Assembly: GCA_030324005.1 (NCBI GenBank)
Contig: JARDVH010000154.1
Span: 4,128,362-4,192,361, forward strand
Reading direction: 5' to 3'
Origin: Negaprion brevirostris
Taxonomy: Eukaryota
DNA: 64,000 nucleotides
Part shown: one piece after another, positions 51,461-64,000 of the stretch
Layout of the letters: each line of letters begins with the position of its first letter
Numbering within the stretch: the stretch's first letter is position 1
The notes under the pieces: model-generated
The model's input: the letters and a program-made list of their open reading frames with translations, nothing else
What the model was told of the DNA's origin: nothing
Databases searched by the model: none
Translations under genes and position numbers: made by a program

Positions 51461-54094
51461 TATATCTCTTTATTTATATACTTTATTGACACGAAACTTC
51501 CAAATGAATCAAGGGCGAATTATAGAGAATAGTGTGGCTGCCAAGTGACGCGGCGGTATTTCAATCACGCTTCGTACAAATGAATTCATCCCGGCGCATT
51601 AAAGCGGAATATTTCCATTTTAATATAGGCGATAAATACTGGTTCCAAACAACGACACAACCGTGGTCAAATCGTACACTACAATCAGAATTTGGATGCA
51701 TAGAGAATGCACTTTGTACACAATTAGCACAGCGGAGCCACTCTATACCTGACATGATGCATGATATTAAAATAGGAAATGTTGGATATGCCCAATAGGT
51801 TCGGAAAGAGTTAAGTTTCAGGTCGATGACTTGTCCTCAGAACAGGTCTGAAACTGAGCTGCTGAATATTTCTATAATGTGCTATTTTTCAGTGTTTTGC
51901 TTTAATTTCACACGGTAGCCTTGGCTGGGACACTCCAATATTTCCTCCGTGAATTGGTTTTAAACAGTCAGCGAACACCTTCCCTGAGTAAAATCCATCG
52001 CCTCGGCAACCACAAACTCTGACTTGGTGCTGTCATATCACATAATAGCAAATGTTCGAAAAATAGTTTTAGTTGATGTTTGTAATTAATTAAAACATAT
52101 ATCCAGAAGGAAACTGAACAATATATGACTTTTGTGCTCTTTTGCAGAACGCATTCTACACTTATCCGATTATTATCAGTTTTCTCCGAATGAAGAGGAT
52201 TCACATCCCCAATATTTTTATTTGTCGCATCTAGATTTAATTCCATAATCTCTTTATGCTAAAATCAACAGTTAAAATAACAACTTAAGTACAACGTTCT
52301 CCGGAATAGCTGAACTCGGGTACATTGCAGCGTGAGTTTCTGTGCAATCCTCTGAGTTTAAAACGGAAGAGATTAATCAGCGGATTAGTCAATTGTGCGG
52401 AATTTCGGAGAGGGAGGAAACAATTCAATAAAACAGACTAAAATGACTGCACTTCAAAACTGGGCAGAACTGGCTGCAGGGCCATACCATCCAGGTTAAA
52501 TGGAGTAACAAAATAATTGAATGCTATTCATTGCAAGGATATTCCTAGATATCGAGATGTCCGTCTACTGTCGAGCACAAGAGCGTCGCCTTTACCGTCA
52601 ATTACTCAAAACCTCTTCTTTCTGTAGGTTGAACAGAGGCAATCAGTATTCCTATAGAAACTTTAAAAGTCTATGCTAAGAAAACTGAATGAAACAGCTG
52701 ACGTTTCGTTCAAAGTTATCCAAATAATACAGCGACCAAGCCGCAGCAATGGGAAACACAGAATGTCATACTGCTTTTTCCATTTCACTTTAAGTATTGG
52801 AAATGGATTCAAGTCGTTCTAATTTTGAAGGGATCTCTAGGCACTGCATTCAAGTAAGGTAAATAAAATACTCAGTGATTCAAATGAAAGAATGTTTGCA
52901 GGCTATTTATAGAACAAAAAAAGTATAAAAACCAAGCGCTGTCACTTTACTATGATGGAGTAAAAGAGTAAAAGTTCTTTTATTTCAAAATACTTTGAAA
53001 AACATATTACCGCAGGAGCTGGAATACACAATACAGAAAAGACAAGCTTATTAATATGAACAGAGTGAGACATTGTCTTCGAAAAATATGATTGCTGAAG
53101 TGTTGCTCGTAAGTCAACTGAGGTGTTAAACAAATGTGGAAAATACATAGCTGAGCAGAAGGATTAAAGTCTGGGAGGACTTTTCAGAAAGAGACATTAC
53201 GGTTAGTAATATCTTAAAGGTGCCCTATTGAAGGTTTGACGATTTGTGAACATGAATATACTATCGCCTCTGAAACATTCGGATGGAATAGAACAATGGC
53301 ACTATTTTAGTTACTTTCAATCCATTGCTTGACAGAGCGTATGTCTCAAAATGCCTACAAATTACACACACATCGAGGCCATAGGTTTGACAGGTGCAGC
53401 AGCTGGTATGGAGTTTTTTCTGTGAATGGAGGCTTGTGATGTTTAGATAGATCGTAGGGAGCCTGCACATTCCGCTCTGCTTCATTTCCGAGTGAGGGGG
53501 CATGTAAAGTTCGATATTGATATTATTCTTCAGGCATACGAATTTACAATCCTAATTTTCATTTTCGAAAACTCCTTGTACTCTGAAGAGATGTTGATAT
53601 TAAATACTTGTAAGTAGCCAGACCTTTAGTGTTCACTTTATTTGTTTCGTGCACATACTTGTCCAAGTCCACAGTGAAATTCATCACTTTTTTATTTATT
53701 GAGATGTTTTTCAATGAATCTTCTGTGTTTGAGAGAATTGATTAAGCAAATGTAAACGCAAATAAATAAATTGTTGATCCTTTAAAGTGAAGTCCGTGAT
53801 ATTTGATTACATCTATTGCAAAAGATGTTGAGATAGCCGACCATTGTTTAAAACACATACAGATTGTCCGGTTATTCTCTGTGTTTCAGTGAGCAGTCCG
53901 CTTGATTGGCATCCCATTCACCACCAGCATCATTTGAAACAGAAATGACTGGCCCTGAGTTTATGGACCATTCCTTCAAGCCTAAGAGTTATGTAAATAT
54001 GTGCATTATTTTTAATGATAAAGACAGATAAAAATATAAAACAAATGTTTCCCTTTGACCATAATAAATATACCGTTAAAAAAACGTAGGCCCT

Positions 54095-54645
54095 CTGCAC
54101 AACCTTCAAAGCCCGTCACCTCTTCCACCTAGCAGGGCAAGGAGAGCAGATACAGGCGAACACCACTACCTGCAAGTTCCCTTGCAGGCCACACACCATT
54201 CCTTCACCGCCGCTGGGTCAAAATTTTGGAGCTCCCTCCCAAGCATCAATGTGGATTGCAGCGATCCAAGAAGGCTGCTCACCACCACCTTAAAGTCTAT
54301 TTGTTAGTCACAAGCAGTGACACCTGCAATGAAGTTACTGTGAAAATCCCCGAGTCGCCACACTCCGGCACTTGTTCAGGTCCACTGAGGGNNNNNNNNN
54401 NNNNNNNNNNNNNNNNNNNNNNNNNNNNNNNNNNNNNNNNNNNNNNNNNNNNNNNNNNNNNNNNNNNNNNNNNNNNNNNNAATGTGCAAACTCCACACAG
54501 ACAGTGACCCAAGCCGGGAATTGAACCCAGGTCCTGGTACTGTGAGACAGTAGTGCTAACCACAGTGCCACTTCTCAAGGGCAATTAGAGTTAAGCAATA
54601 AATACCATTCTAGCCAGCGAAGACTGCATCCCCAGAATTAATAAA
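54095..54645 (+). mobile_element. family A LINE 3' end with nested minus-strand V-SINE (54291-54570)
   Basis: The tail is split at CACCACCACCT|..|CTTCTCAAGGGCAATTAG by the SINE. Confidence 0.8.
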
Positions 54646-55084
54646 AATGAAAAGAAACTCATTTTCACCCCCATTTTGTTGTCTGCTTCAATGGCTTAAT
54701 TGCACAAATTGACTCGGTTTGTGTATTCCAGATGAAGGTTAAATGATGCTTGGCTCTGATAGCAAGAGCCGACTGACCTAGCTATGTACCTGAAATCTTC
54801 AAACAAAAACAGATATGGTGTTATCCGCTGAAGCACAAACCAACAAGGGTAGCGCAAGATAACACTGAAATAGGTAAACTGCTGCTCAAATAACAGCATA
54901 CCACTCAGTTTTGACAATGGCATTGTTGGGGTTAGTCTGACGCTCATGCAAAAACAAAATAATGAGAATAGTGGAAATCTGAATAAGAAAGAGTAAATGC
55001 TAAAAATATTTAGCAGATTATGAAGCACCTATGGAGAAGTTCATGCTGTACTCCAGGAGCACACTCCGTCCTTTAAGAATCAAG

Positions 55085-55740
55085 TAGAATGTCAGAGTCT
55101 CCTGTTGGATCCATGGCAGCAGTAGTCAGAGCTATTATGGAGAAGATCATCAAGGGGAGAAAATGTCAGAGAAGGAAAAAGAGGGCGAAGTTAAAAAAAG
55201 TAAGATTAATGGGGCTGAGGATGCTATTGGAGGATACTCCAGTAGCAGGTGGGTTACTGGATGACAGCCAGCATCCGTGAGTATCGGTGGTGGAGGTGAG
55301 AGCGCCTCTGATTAAAATAGGGCAGAGTGTTTCTCAGAATTGGGAGACGGGAGCCTGCCTCCGGTCGGTGGGTCGACAGAAGCACAAAGTATGCGTATGG
55401 ATTGAATGGAATGGAGGGAAGAACTGAACGCAGCGGTCAGGTGAGAAGGTATCGTTGTTGAACAGGTAGGGGTTAGAGAAGAAAGCCACCGTGAGCAAGA
55501 CGGCGATTGTTCAGGTAACTTCTGCAGAAATTATGCTGATCGATATGATCAATTTGGACGAAATTATACATATTGTCCGTGCTTGGAGTGTGGGTCACAT
55601 TTGGAAGCAATGTTATCATTTCAAATTGTGTGCCTGCACTAAATATGTCGGCACACATTTAAAGAATGAGGCCTTGGATGATGTCCAACAGTGTGACGGG
55701 ATTGGGGCGGAGAAGAGGAGGAGGAGGATTGATGAGAGAA
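55085..55740 (-). mobile_element. possible decayed L2-like ORF2 fragment
   Basis: Purine-rich + strand with weak L2-like patches; no clean motif. Confidence 0.3.
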
Positions 55741-57828
55741 GGTCAACATTTACAGGATATGGGAACGGGCAAAACCAGCTTTATTTTTTGCTGCATGTGG
55801 AAGAGAAAATGTCAGCTGAAAATTACACGGTAATACGATTTTAAAAATTTCTCTGTGTGTTTGTCCAAAACAATTTGCATATAAATGGTATCCTTTATTT
55901 TCTATCAACTTTGACCTTTCTCATTGCTCTTTCGATATTTCTAATTATTTAATTTTCTACCTTTTGCTCTTATTTTTCCCACTGCTAGTAACCTAGTAAC
56001 TCCCTGCATTTGATTTCTGTACAGGGAGTGTGTACTTGACATAACAGCACACATTTACTCTAAATACTTTAACATTTACAGAATCTTTGTTTTCTGTCCT
56101 ATAGTCATGAATTAATTCCATTTGACTACATGATCTATCGTAATGGAGCTTTTCTTTTCATTGAGAGATCTGATTGGCGGGAAAAGAGCGCAAACTTTTT
56201 GGTGTTGGCGCCATTTTATTCAGATTGAGGAAGAAAGCCAAATCGCATGCTCAACGGCAAACCTGTTAACTCATGGCAAACTGGGTTTGCAAACCTATCG
56301 TTTAGTAGCATAAAGATTGGGAGTTTCTCACCAAGACCAAGCTTCCAGAAATTGGACTAAAATAAGGTCAATAGTCTGAAAGTGATTATAGTGAAACCAG
56401 TAAGAAAGAAGAGTATCATTGGCTCCTGTCAAGCATGGTTAGTGGCTGCTTTTAAACCACAAGATAACATCATATTGAGAGATGGAGAGACTATAAGAAA
56501 TTTCAGATCCGAGGACAGGATTACAGAGCTATGCCTAAGGTGAACACAGGGACAATATACTTAAAATCTCTTCCATGTGTTCAAATTTCTGCACGCCCTC
56601 GTCCCTCAGTAAGTCTGCGACTCCCTTCAGCCTGCAGAATTCGGCTTTCCTCCAAATTTAGATTTTCATCGTTCTAACATTTGTGTCTTCCGCTGTCTAG
56701 ACATTAAGCACTGAAACTGACTCTATCCCTCTCCACCTCTCGACCCATCTCTCCTAATTCAAAAAGCGCCTTAAAACCGCCCTCATCCACTGTACTTTGG
56801 CCCGCTATCTTGTTGTCTCTGTATCTCCTGTGTCTTTTCTACTCGAATGCCCCTATGAAATGTCTAATGAAGTTTCACTCCGTTAAAGACACTATATTTT
56901 AAGAGGAAAGATAAAGCTTGAGAGAGATATTTCACAGTAGAATCAAGAGCACAAAAATAATGAAGGGTTTTGCGAAGTGTCACAACAGTGGTCACAGAAA
57001 GATGTGTTGAGATTAACTTGTGTTTTTTGACAGTGGTTCCTCCCACTATTGACCTGAACGAACTGCAGTTGGATTTTCAAGAGGGCTTAGGTCGGTTATA
57101 TGCCTGTAGACTTGGCCATTCCAGATTTTTAGCAAGTCTTGGACATGGCATGATGACGTGGGCACGCAAAGACGTCAAGTAGACTGAACAGTTGAATGTG
57201 TAGAGATGGGAGTGGATTTCCCAATGGGACAAAATAACGCCGCCCCAGACAGAAACATATAAATGCTTCCGAGACGTTTGATCTCGCCCTTCAACATTCA
57301 AATTCGTAAAAACTCAAGTTATACGGCCACATGTAAAGCTGAAATTCCGATATCTGCTTTTGCACCTCTGCCAAGAAAGCGAATTTACTTCCTGCCGACC
57401 TCATGTAATTATGGCTTTAAATATACAATGGCGTTTAATTCCCATGTATAGTAAATGTATCAAAAAAGCAAACAATTTTCACAGTACACTTTTGAGAGAG
57501 GACAGAGGCAAGCCAGACGAGGAATGAAAAACACTCCAAAAATCCTACAAAACATTACTTTTAAAAGCTATTTTATAAAGTAGAAGTTGAAAATGACATG
57601 GACAGCTTGTGTTGCCTTTACGGCTGGGCTTTGGGAAACGTTCCCGAAGCTAGCCAGGATTCTGAGCTTGGCCTCCATCCCTAGCTACACTGTCTTGGTG
57701 ATTTTGCTTCAGGACAGCAAAGTGACAGATATATTGTTTGATAATGGCATTAACGATTTGATTATTTGTTTAATATTTATTATTAAAAAGCATCAGTAAA
57801 TTAAATGGAATATTCTGCCGAAACAAAT

Positions 57829-57943
57829 ATAGTAAGAAGTCTGACAACACCACGTTAAAGACACCAGATTAACACCAGGTTAAAGTGGTGTGAGACTTCT
57901 TACTGTATTTACCCCAGTCCAACGCCGGCATCTCCACTTCATG
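57829..57943. mobile_element. collapsed inverted-repeat remnant of the 12469 element family
   Basis: AGTAAGAAGTCTGACAACACCA ... TGGTGTGAGACTTCTTACT inverted arms with internal ACACCAG(G/A)TTAA duplications; no hammerhead left. Confidence 0.65.
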
Positions 57944-58134
57944 GAAACAAGTATATGCAAATATTAACACTAAATCTAAAACATTTAATATTTTCTACAG
58001 AGAGACTTTGTAATGATCACAGTTAGGAGTCACAATTTATACAAACGGCAGGTAAGTAAAGGTACAACTTGAAAATCTTTGCCTTACAGACCATTTAATC
58101 ATATAATCCTATAACTATAACATAGTTAATGATA

Positions 58135-58350
58135 AATCCAATAAAGAATTCAAGAAAAACTTGTTCACCCAGAGAGCGGATATAATGTGGAACTCGCTAC
58201 CAGGTTAAAGCGAATAGAATAGACGTATTTAAGAGACATTCAGATTAGTACATGAAGGGGAAAAGAATCGAAGGGGAAAATGAAATAGGGCAGGTTTGTT
58301 TGGGGCATAGATACCAGCATGGATTCTTTGGGCCGAGTGGCCTGTTTGTG
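58135..58350 (+). mobile_element. CR1 3' fragment
   Basis: AAACTTGTTCACCCAGAGAG..ATGTGGAACTCGCTACC..TTGGGCCGAGTGGCCTGTTT. Confidence 0.75.
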
Positions 58351-60879
58351 CTCAGCGATAATTAGCTGGACCATTCTAAAGTTAAAAGGGTTGTGAATAT
58401 TAAAACTCAGTTTTTACATAAACAATACGAATGTACTGCACAGAATAGTAATATATTATGTGAATCATGTTAAGGCATGTTTCTTGAAACGTGATAACAT
58501 TTTCTAAAATTATCAGTTTTATTTTCTTTTTATTCAAGAGGTAAGGCCGGAAATCTGAAATAGGCAGAGATCCGATCCTGAAGTTCGAACAAAAATGTCA
58601 ACCGCAAACTTTTTTTTAAACAGTCGACTGGCTTATCCTTGAGGTTACAGTACTTAGCACCTACTCGATTCAGTCTAGCGAACCGTGCTGGTATCCCTCA
58701 GGTAAAAAGCACTGACTGATCTGACCTGACCTATCCATTCTGTATAAGTTAATGAAAAATAAAAATTTTCAGACAGTTTGCTCTAAACCAGACAAGTATG
58801 ATCACCAGCAGAATGGAGAATACTAGCTAGGTGTTAAATACATAAAATATTCGTTTATAAACGGTATTTTAAAAAGTTGCAGATATATTATATCGCTATG
58901 CCCATCAATTAAAATCAACAAACGTGAAACTTGTGTTTAATATTAGAATATACCTCAATTTGGAGATACTGAGATTTTTCTTTAGTATTCCCCGATTCCC
59001 CAAAAGAGGAGGGGATTATTTTTGGTGTCCAATCTCTTCCTGGAATTATATAAAAAAATGAAAAGTGTTTCTCATGCAGAATTTGTATGAAAACTTTAAA
59101 TCGAATCTGAGTTCGCACATCTTTAGAGCTAAATTGTCAATCAGCAGAACTTTAAGGAGAGTAGAATGTTCATTTGTAAGACAATATAAATATTTAACAA
59201 AGCTATTGCACTACCTCGGCAGATCTTAACGGGTGCAGGCAGCTACAGCATAATTCAGCATAAGATGCTTTGAACGGAAGGGCTGGTGAAGCAAATTCAG
59301 GACAGGGTACCAAGCAGCAACAGTCGACCGACCGGAGTTATTATATTGTAATTTAAGACGCGCAATGAATAATTTAATCATCATTTTTACTTCTTCTGGG
59401 TTAATCATCATACCAATTCGCCTAGAATGAGCCTACTAACAAAAATGTTTTCTTTTGTACCTAACTATTCAAAATGTTCTAATACACAGGTAAAGTTACA
59501 ACAAAAATTCCTTCTGGAAACAGCTGCAGAGCGAAATAATACAACAAAATAATAGTCTAAATCGGAATCAAAAGCTATCCTACTACCTGTTCCTAACATC
59601 ATTTACTTTAAAACGTAGGTAAGCATCTAGCATCTGTGTTAAAACTATACTGTTCAATGAGATTAATGGGTTCGGGATTTCACTGTACTTTCTACATAGA
59701 GGAAGTCGATTTAGTACAAATGAGATAAAAAGTTGTCATCTTGCATTGGATATAATAACAGGTGTTCTTGAGACAGGGCCACATTTCTCCAGTTGTAATA
59801 TGGATCTAGACCTTCTTTGTGAGTTTCTTACTGCCTATATTGATATGTCAGATTTACACAATTACCTTCAGACCATACAACAACAGCAATGCAGTGCTAA
59901 CCTCAAGTTTCCCCGTAACTATTATTATTTCACAGTATCAGCTTATACTTTTATTGGCGGGGTCCAATGTTGGACCTCACCATTTCAACAGAGAAGACCA
60001 GAGAAAATTGAAGAAAGGAAATAAATCACTTTAATTTCACCTGACGTTAAACCTTTGAAAATATAAACTCGGAAGGTTTTCATATTTTAGCAAAGGTTCA
60101 AAGATAAATTTTCCGAAATTATTGGAAGTAATGTGATGGATTCATCATTTTCCTGACGTGCACCTGTAAATCGGTATATATTGCAAGTGGGCTCTGTAAT
60201 GGGAACCGACAGGACACATTTAGATTAATATCACTGTGTAGATGATGGTCATGTGAAAATGAAAGATTCCTGATCGTAATGCTTCTCTTTCANNNNNNNN
60301 NNCTCTCCCTTCTCAAAATAAACTGCATGACCACCTATCTATTCAATAACAGCTCCCATGTGTCAAGCACCCGCCCCTACCCCATCCCCACCCACCCCCA
60401 AAAAAGCAGTCTGGATGGCGGCGTATTTATACTTAGCTGATGGAACTCAAAAAGAACTGTTCCCGTGTTCACTTCAGGTTTGGCACCCCTATAGCTTAAG
60501 CAACTCTAACCCCCAACCTAAGGTACAGAGGATTCATTTGGCAGTGGATGCTGTAAAATTACGATGTAAAAGTGGTCACTTTTGAACAGGTTTATTANNN
60601 NNNNNNNNNNNNNNNNNNNNNNNNNNNNNNNNNNNNNNNNNNNNNNNNNNNNNNNNNNNNNNNNNNNNNNNNNNNNNNNNNNNNNNNNNNNNNNNNNNNN
60701 NNNNNNNNNNNNNNNNNNNNNNNNNNNNNNNNNNNNNNNNNNNNNNNNNNNNNNNNNNNNNNNNNNNNNNNNNNNNNNNNNNNTGCAACTTTAGACAGAG
60801 TGTGAAATTTGGTGAGAGTGGGAAGGAGATATTGCTTTGCTTCTGCAATTTAGGAATTGGATTCTGCTGTTTAACAGGG

Positions 60880-62830
60880 GAGGAGGTGAGCTGTTGGTGA
60901 GTGTCTGTTGCATATCCAGCAGTTGGTAATAAGATTAATTAATATCTAAAAGAAAATAAACAACTGAATAAAATAATTAAGTAATTAGTAAAAGTATGAT
61001 AGGACAGATGATCTATCATGCAGTATCTGGGCCCTTATGGATGTTGGTGTTATCCAGGGTAGTGAGCATCTGCAGCTCGAGGAGCTTCAGTTCATTGCCA
61101 TTGAGCTGGAGGCTGAGCCGCAGACACTCCGACACATCAGGGAAGGGGAGAGTTACTTGGATGCTTTGTTCCAGGAGATGGTCACTCCTCTTAGTATAGA
61201 ATCTTCTGGTTTGGAAAGTGGTCAAGGATAGAAGGGTGTGACTGCCGGTGAGGCAGAAGAGGTAGGTAAGGAGATACAGAGGGCAAGAGTGCAGATTGTC
61301 AGCTAGTGCAATTGGCCAATGGGTTTAAGGTTCTCTCAGTCTGTTTGGATGAGAGTGGGGCAGCAGAGTGGATGAGCTGATTGACCACGGCATTGTGGTA
61401 CAGGAAGCCAATCAAGTGGGGGCATATTAGAAGGTAGCAGTGGTAAAGGGCAGTAAAGTGAGGGGGATAGACACTGTCCTCTGTAACAAGGAATGAGAGT
61501 CCAGATGGATGCATTGCTTGCCCAGTGCCAGGGTTCAGGACTTCTGCTCTGGGCTGGAGAGGAACTTGCAATGGAGGGGGAAGATCCCATTGTCGTGCTC
61601 CATGTAGTTTCAAACACCATTGGTAGAATGAGCCAGACACTACATTAAACAACAGAACCTTCAAGGTTATAATCTCTAGATTATTACCTGAGCCAAGTGC
61701 TTATTGGCACAGGGTACATAAATTCTCCCGCAGCTTAACCGAACAGGCGGCGGCTAGGGGATTTTCACAGTAACTTCATTGCGTTAATTAAGCCTATTTG
61801 TGACACTAATAAATAAATAAACTGAAATTAGAGGGATTAATACATGGCTCAAAGACTGGTGTAGGAGAAGTGGGTTTCAGTTCGTGGGGCACTGGCATCA
61901 GTAGTAAAGAGAGTGGGGTCTGTACTGTTGGGACAGCCTACGTCTGAACCATGCTGACCAGTGTTCTTGCAAACTGCATAAGCATGGAATTTGAGATGTC
62001 TTTAAACTAAATAGAACAGGGATGGTTCTGCAGAGAGAATATGTAGGCTTATAAAGTAAAAGGATACGGAAATGTTACTTAGATATTAATACCAAAGTGT
62101 TACAGGAAGAGACAGCGTGTACAAACATCAGAAACAACAATGAATGGTATCAAAAAGGGACATAATTGTAACAAGGCAAAATTAATGGCTCTTTACTCAA
62201 ATGCACATAGTATTCATCACAAACTGAATAAAAAAGGCACAAATTAAGGTTAATGGATATGATCTTGTAACCATCATACAGCTATGTTTACAATACGATC
62301 AACGCTAGAAACTAAATATTCAGGAACATGTGACTTTCATGAAGGCAGTTAGGAAGGAAATGATTGTGGGGTAGTTTCATTAGTACGAGATGGAAGATTG
62401 ATGGAGTGTATTTGGGACAATTCCCTAGAACAATATATTGTGAATGCAATAAGTATCAGTCTCTTTTGGATCTGGTAATGTGTAATGAGGCAGGTTTAAT
62501 AAACAATCTCATGTACAGATCCTCTAAGAAACAGTGACCATAACATGGTAGAATTGGAAAGTGAGAAACTTGTGTTCGCAACAATTGTGCTACACCTAAA
62601 CAAGGATAATTATAAATGAATGAAGGCAGAGATGGCTGGAGTGCACTGGAAAAGGAGTTTAGAAGACAAGACAGCTGACCAGCAATGGCAAGTGCTTATG
62701 AAAATTGTTCACACCTCACATGAAAGAGAAATCTCAGTGAGGAAGAAGACTTCTAGGAAGGGGATAAATCAATCATGGCTAACCNNNNNNNNNNGTTAAG
62801 GATAGTATTAAACTGAAAGAAAAGAACATA
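60880..62830 (+). mobile_element. CR1 LINE 5' half: decayed ORF1 (coiled-coil plus SGNH esterase) and ORF2 endonuclease; SINE tail inserted at ~61724-61823
   Basis: LEELQF..IELEAE.QTLRHIREGESYLDALFQE.VTPL; esterase remnants (VRGIDTVLC, CLP.ARVQD); endonuclease remnants (NA.SI..K, LDLVMCNE, SDHNMVE). Confidence 0.85.
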
Positions 62831-63147
62831 TAGGCTGTGATTTTACCTGCTCACCCTGCCCAGCAAGGTTTGTGCCTGATTTCTTGGCTCTTGCAATCTT
62901 ACTGGCACCGAATATCCAGTGTGATCAGCGTCTTGCCCATTTCCAGTTAGAGACTGAATATATTACCTAAATCTATTCAAATTTTCATTTACATGTGTTT
63001 GGCGAGGCCACTGCCACTCTGCATGCGACCTGTGATGGGGGGTGGGGACGTTGGGAACGAATTCGTCTGGGTGGTGAGGGGGTACTGACAGGAGTGATAT
63101 TTCCAGGTGGTGTGGGACAAACAACTCACTGGAGGGGGAAATTCCAC

Positions 63148-63335
63148 AAACCCACAGTCCGAAGATGTGCGAGTCAGGTTGAGTCGCCGAACTAAATTGC
63201 CTCTTAGTGTCCCGGGATGCGTAGGTTAGAGGGATTAGTGAGTAAGCATGTGGGGTTATGGGTATAGGACCTGGGTGGGATGTTGTTGGTGCAGACTTGA
63301 TGAGCGAAATGGCCTTCTTCTGCACTGTGGGGTCT
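63148..63335 (+). mobile_element. HE1-type SINE 3' half
   Basis: CCCACAGTCCGAAGATGTGCG..CTAAATTGCC.CTTAGTGTC..GGTGCAGACTTGATGAGCGAAATGGCCTTCTTCTGCACTGT. Confidence 0.8.
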
Positions 63336-64000
63336 CAATGATACCCCCAGCCTCAATGAAGGGGGAGCCCAGCACATCAGCGCAAAAGATAAGGTAATGC
63401 TGAGTGGATGATCCATCACTGCCTCCTCCAGAAGACCTCAACGTCGTCAGTGCCAGTCTTCAGCCAATTCAATTCACTCCATGTGATATCATGAAATGGT
63501 TGAAGGCACTGGATGCTGAAAAGCTATGGGTCCTGACAATATTTCAACAATATTATTGAAAACTTGTTCTCTAAAAATTGCCACATCCTTAACCAAGCTG
63601 TTCCATACAGCTGCAACACTGCCATCTACTCGGCAATGTGCAAAATGGCCCGGGTATATCCTGTGCACAAAATGCAGGACAAATCCAATTATCATCTTTC
63701 AGTCTACTGTCGATCATCAGTAAAGTGATGGAAGGGATCTTCAAGAGGGCTCTGAGTGGCACTTGGTTAGCAATAACCTGCTCACCGACACTCAGTTTAG
63801 GTCCTTCCAGGATCACTAATCTCCTAACCTCACTACAATTTTGATTGAAATATGAACAAAATAGTTCAACTCCAAGTTGAAGTAAGAGTGACTGCTCTTG
63901 ATATCAAAGCAGCATTTGTCCAAGTGTGGCATTAAGGAGCCCTAGCAACCTTGAAGCAACTGAAATCAGGGAAAACTCTCCAACAGTTGGAGTCAAGCCT
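63336..64000 (+). mobile_element. family A LINE RT region (runs off the window)
   Basis: KAMGPDNISTILLKTC, SLLSIISKVMEG, ALDIKAAF..VWH motifs with frameshifts. Confidence 0.85.

Noticed and set aside
62369-62381. GGTAGTTTCAT resembling miR-196
   Set aside because: Inside a CR1 LINE, only a partial match, no hairpin, wrong strand and position.

Overview
Eukaryotic draft-assembly DNA from a cartilaginous fish (shark-type repeats: HE1/V-SINEs, DeuSINEs, CR1, L2 and Penelope-like ends; many 10-N and ~100-N gaps). The only protein-coding gene I can support is a two-exon posterior Hox gene, HoxB13, on the minus strand (join 28117..27448, 26909..26662; 305 aa). It sits in a ~15 kb zone (~18.5-33.6 kb) where I recognise no repeats, flanked on both sides by decayed and often nested retroelements. 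No HoxB10-12, intact Hox14, Evx or miR-196 is visible. Main points for follow-up: (1) DR0/TCAAG(G/T)TCA nuclear-receptor sites of the NR6A1/GCNF type bracketing HoxB13; (2) a compact module 3' of the gene with a CTCF site and a CCAAT/E-box arrangement mirroring the HoxB13 promoter; (3) an apparently intact minimal hammerhead ribozyme in a Penelope-like repeat; (4) a uORF whose stop overlaps the HoxB13 start codon, and a NAGNAG splice acceptor. Repeat family names come from recognition by eye, not database searches, and repeat boundaries are approximate.
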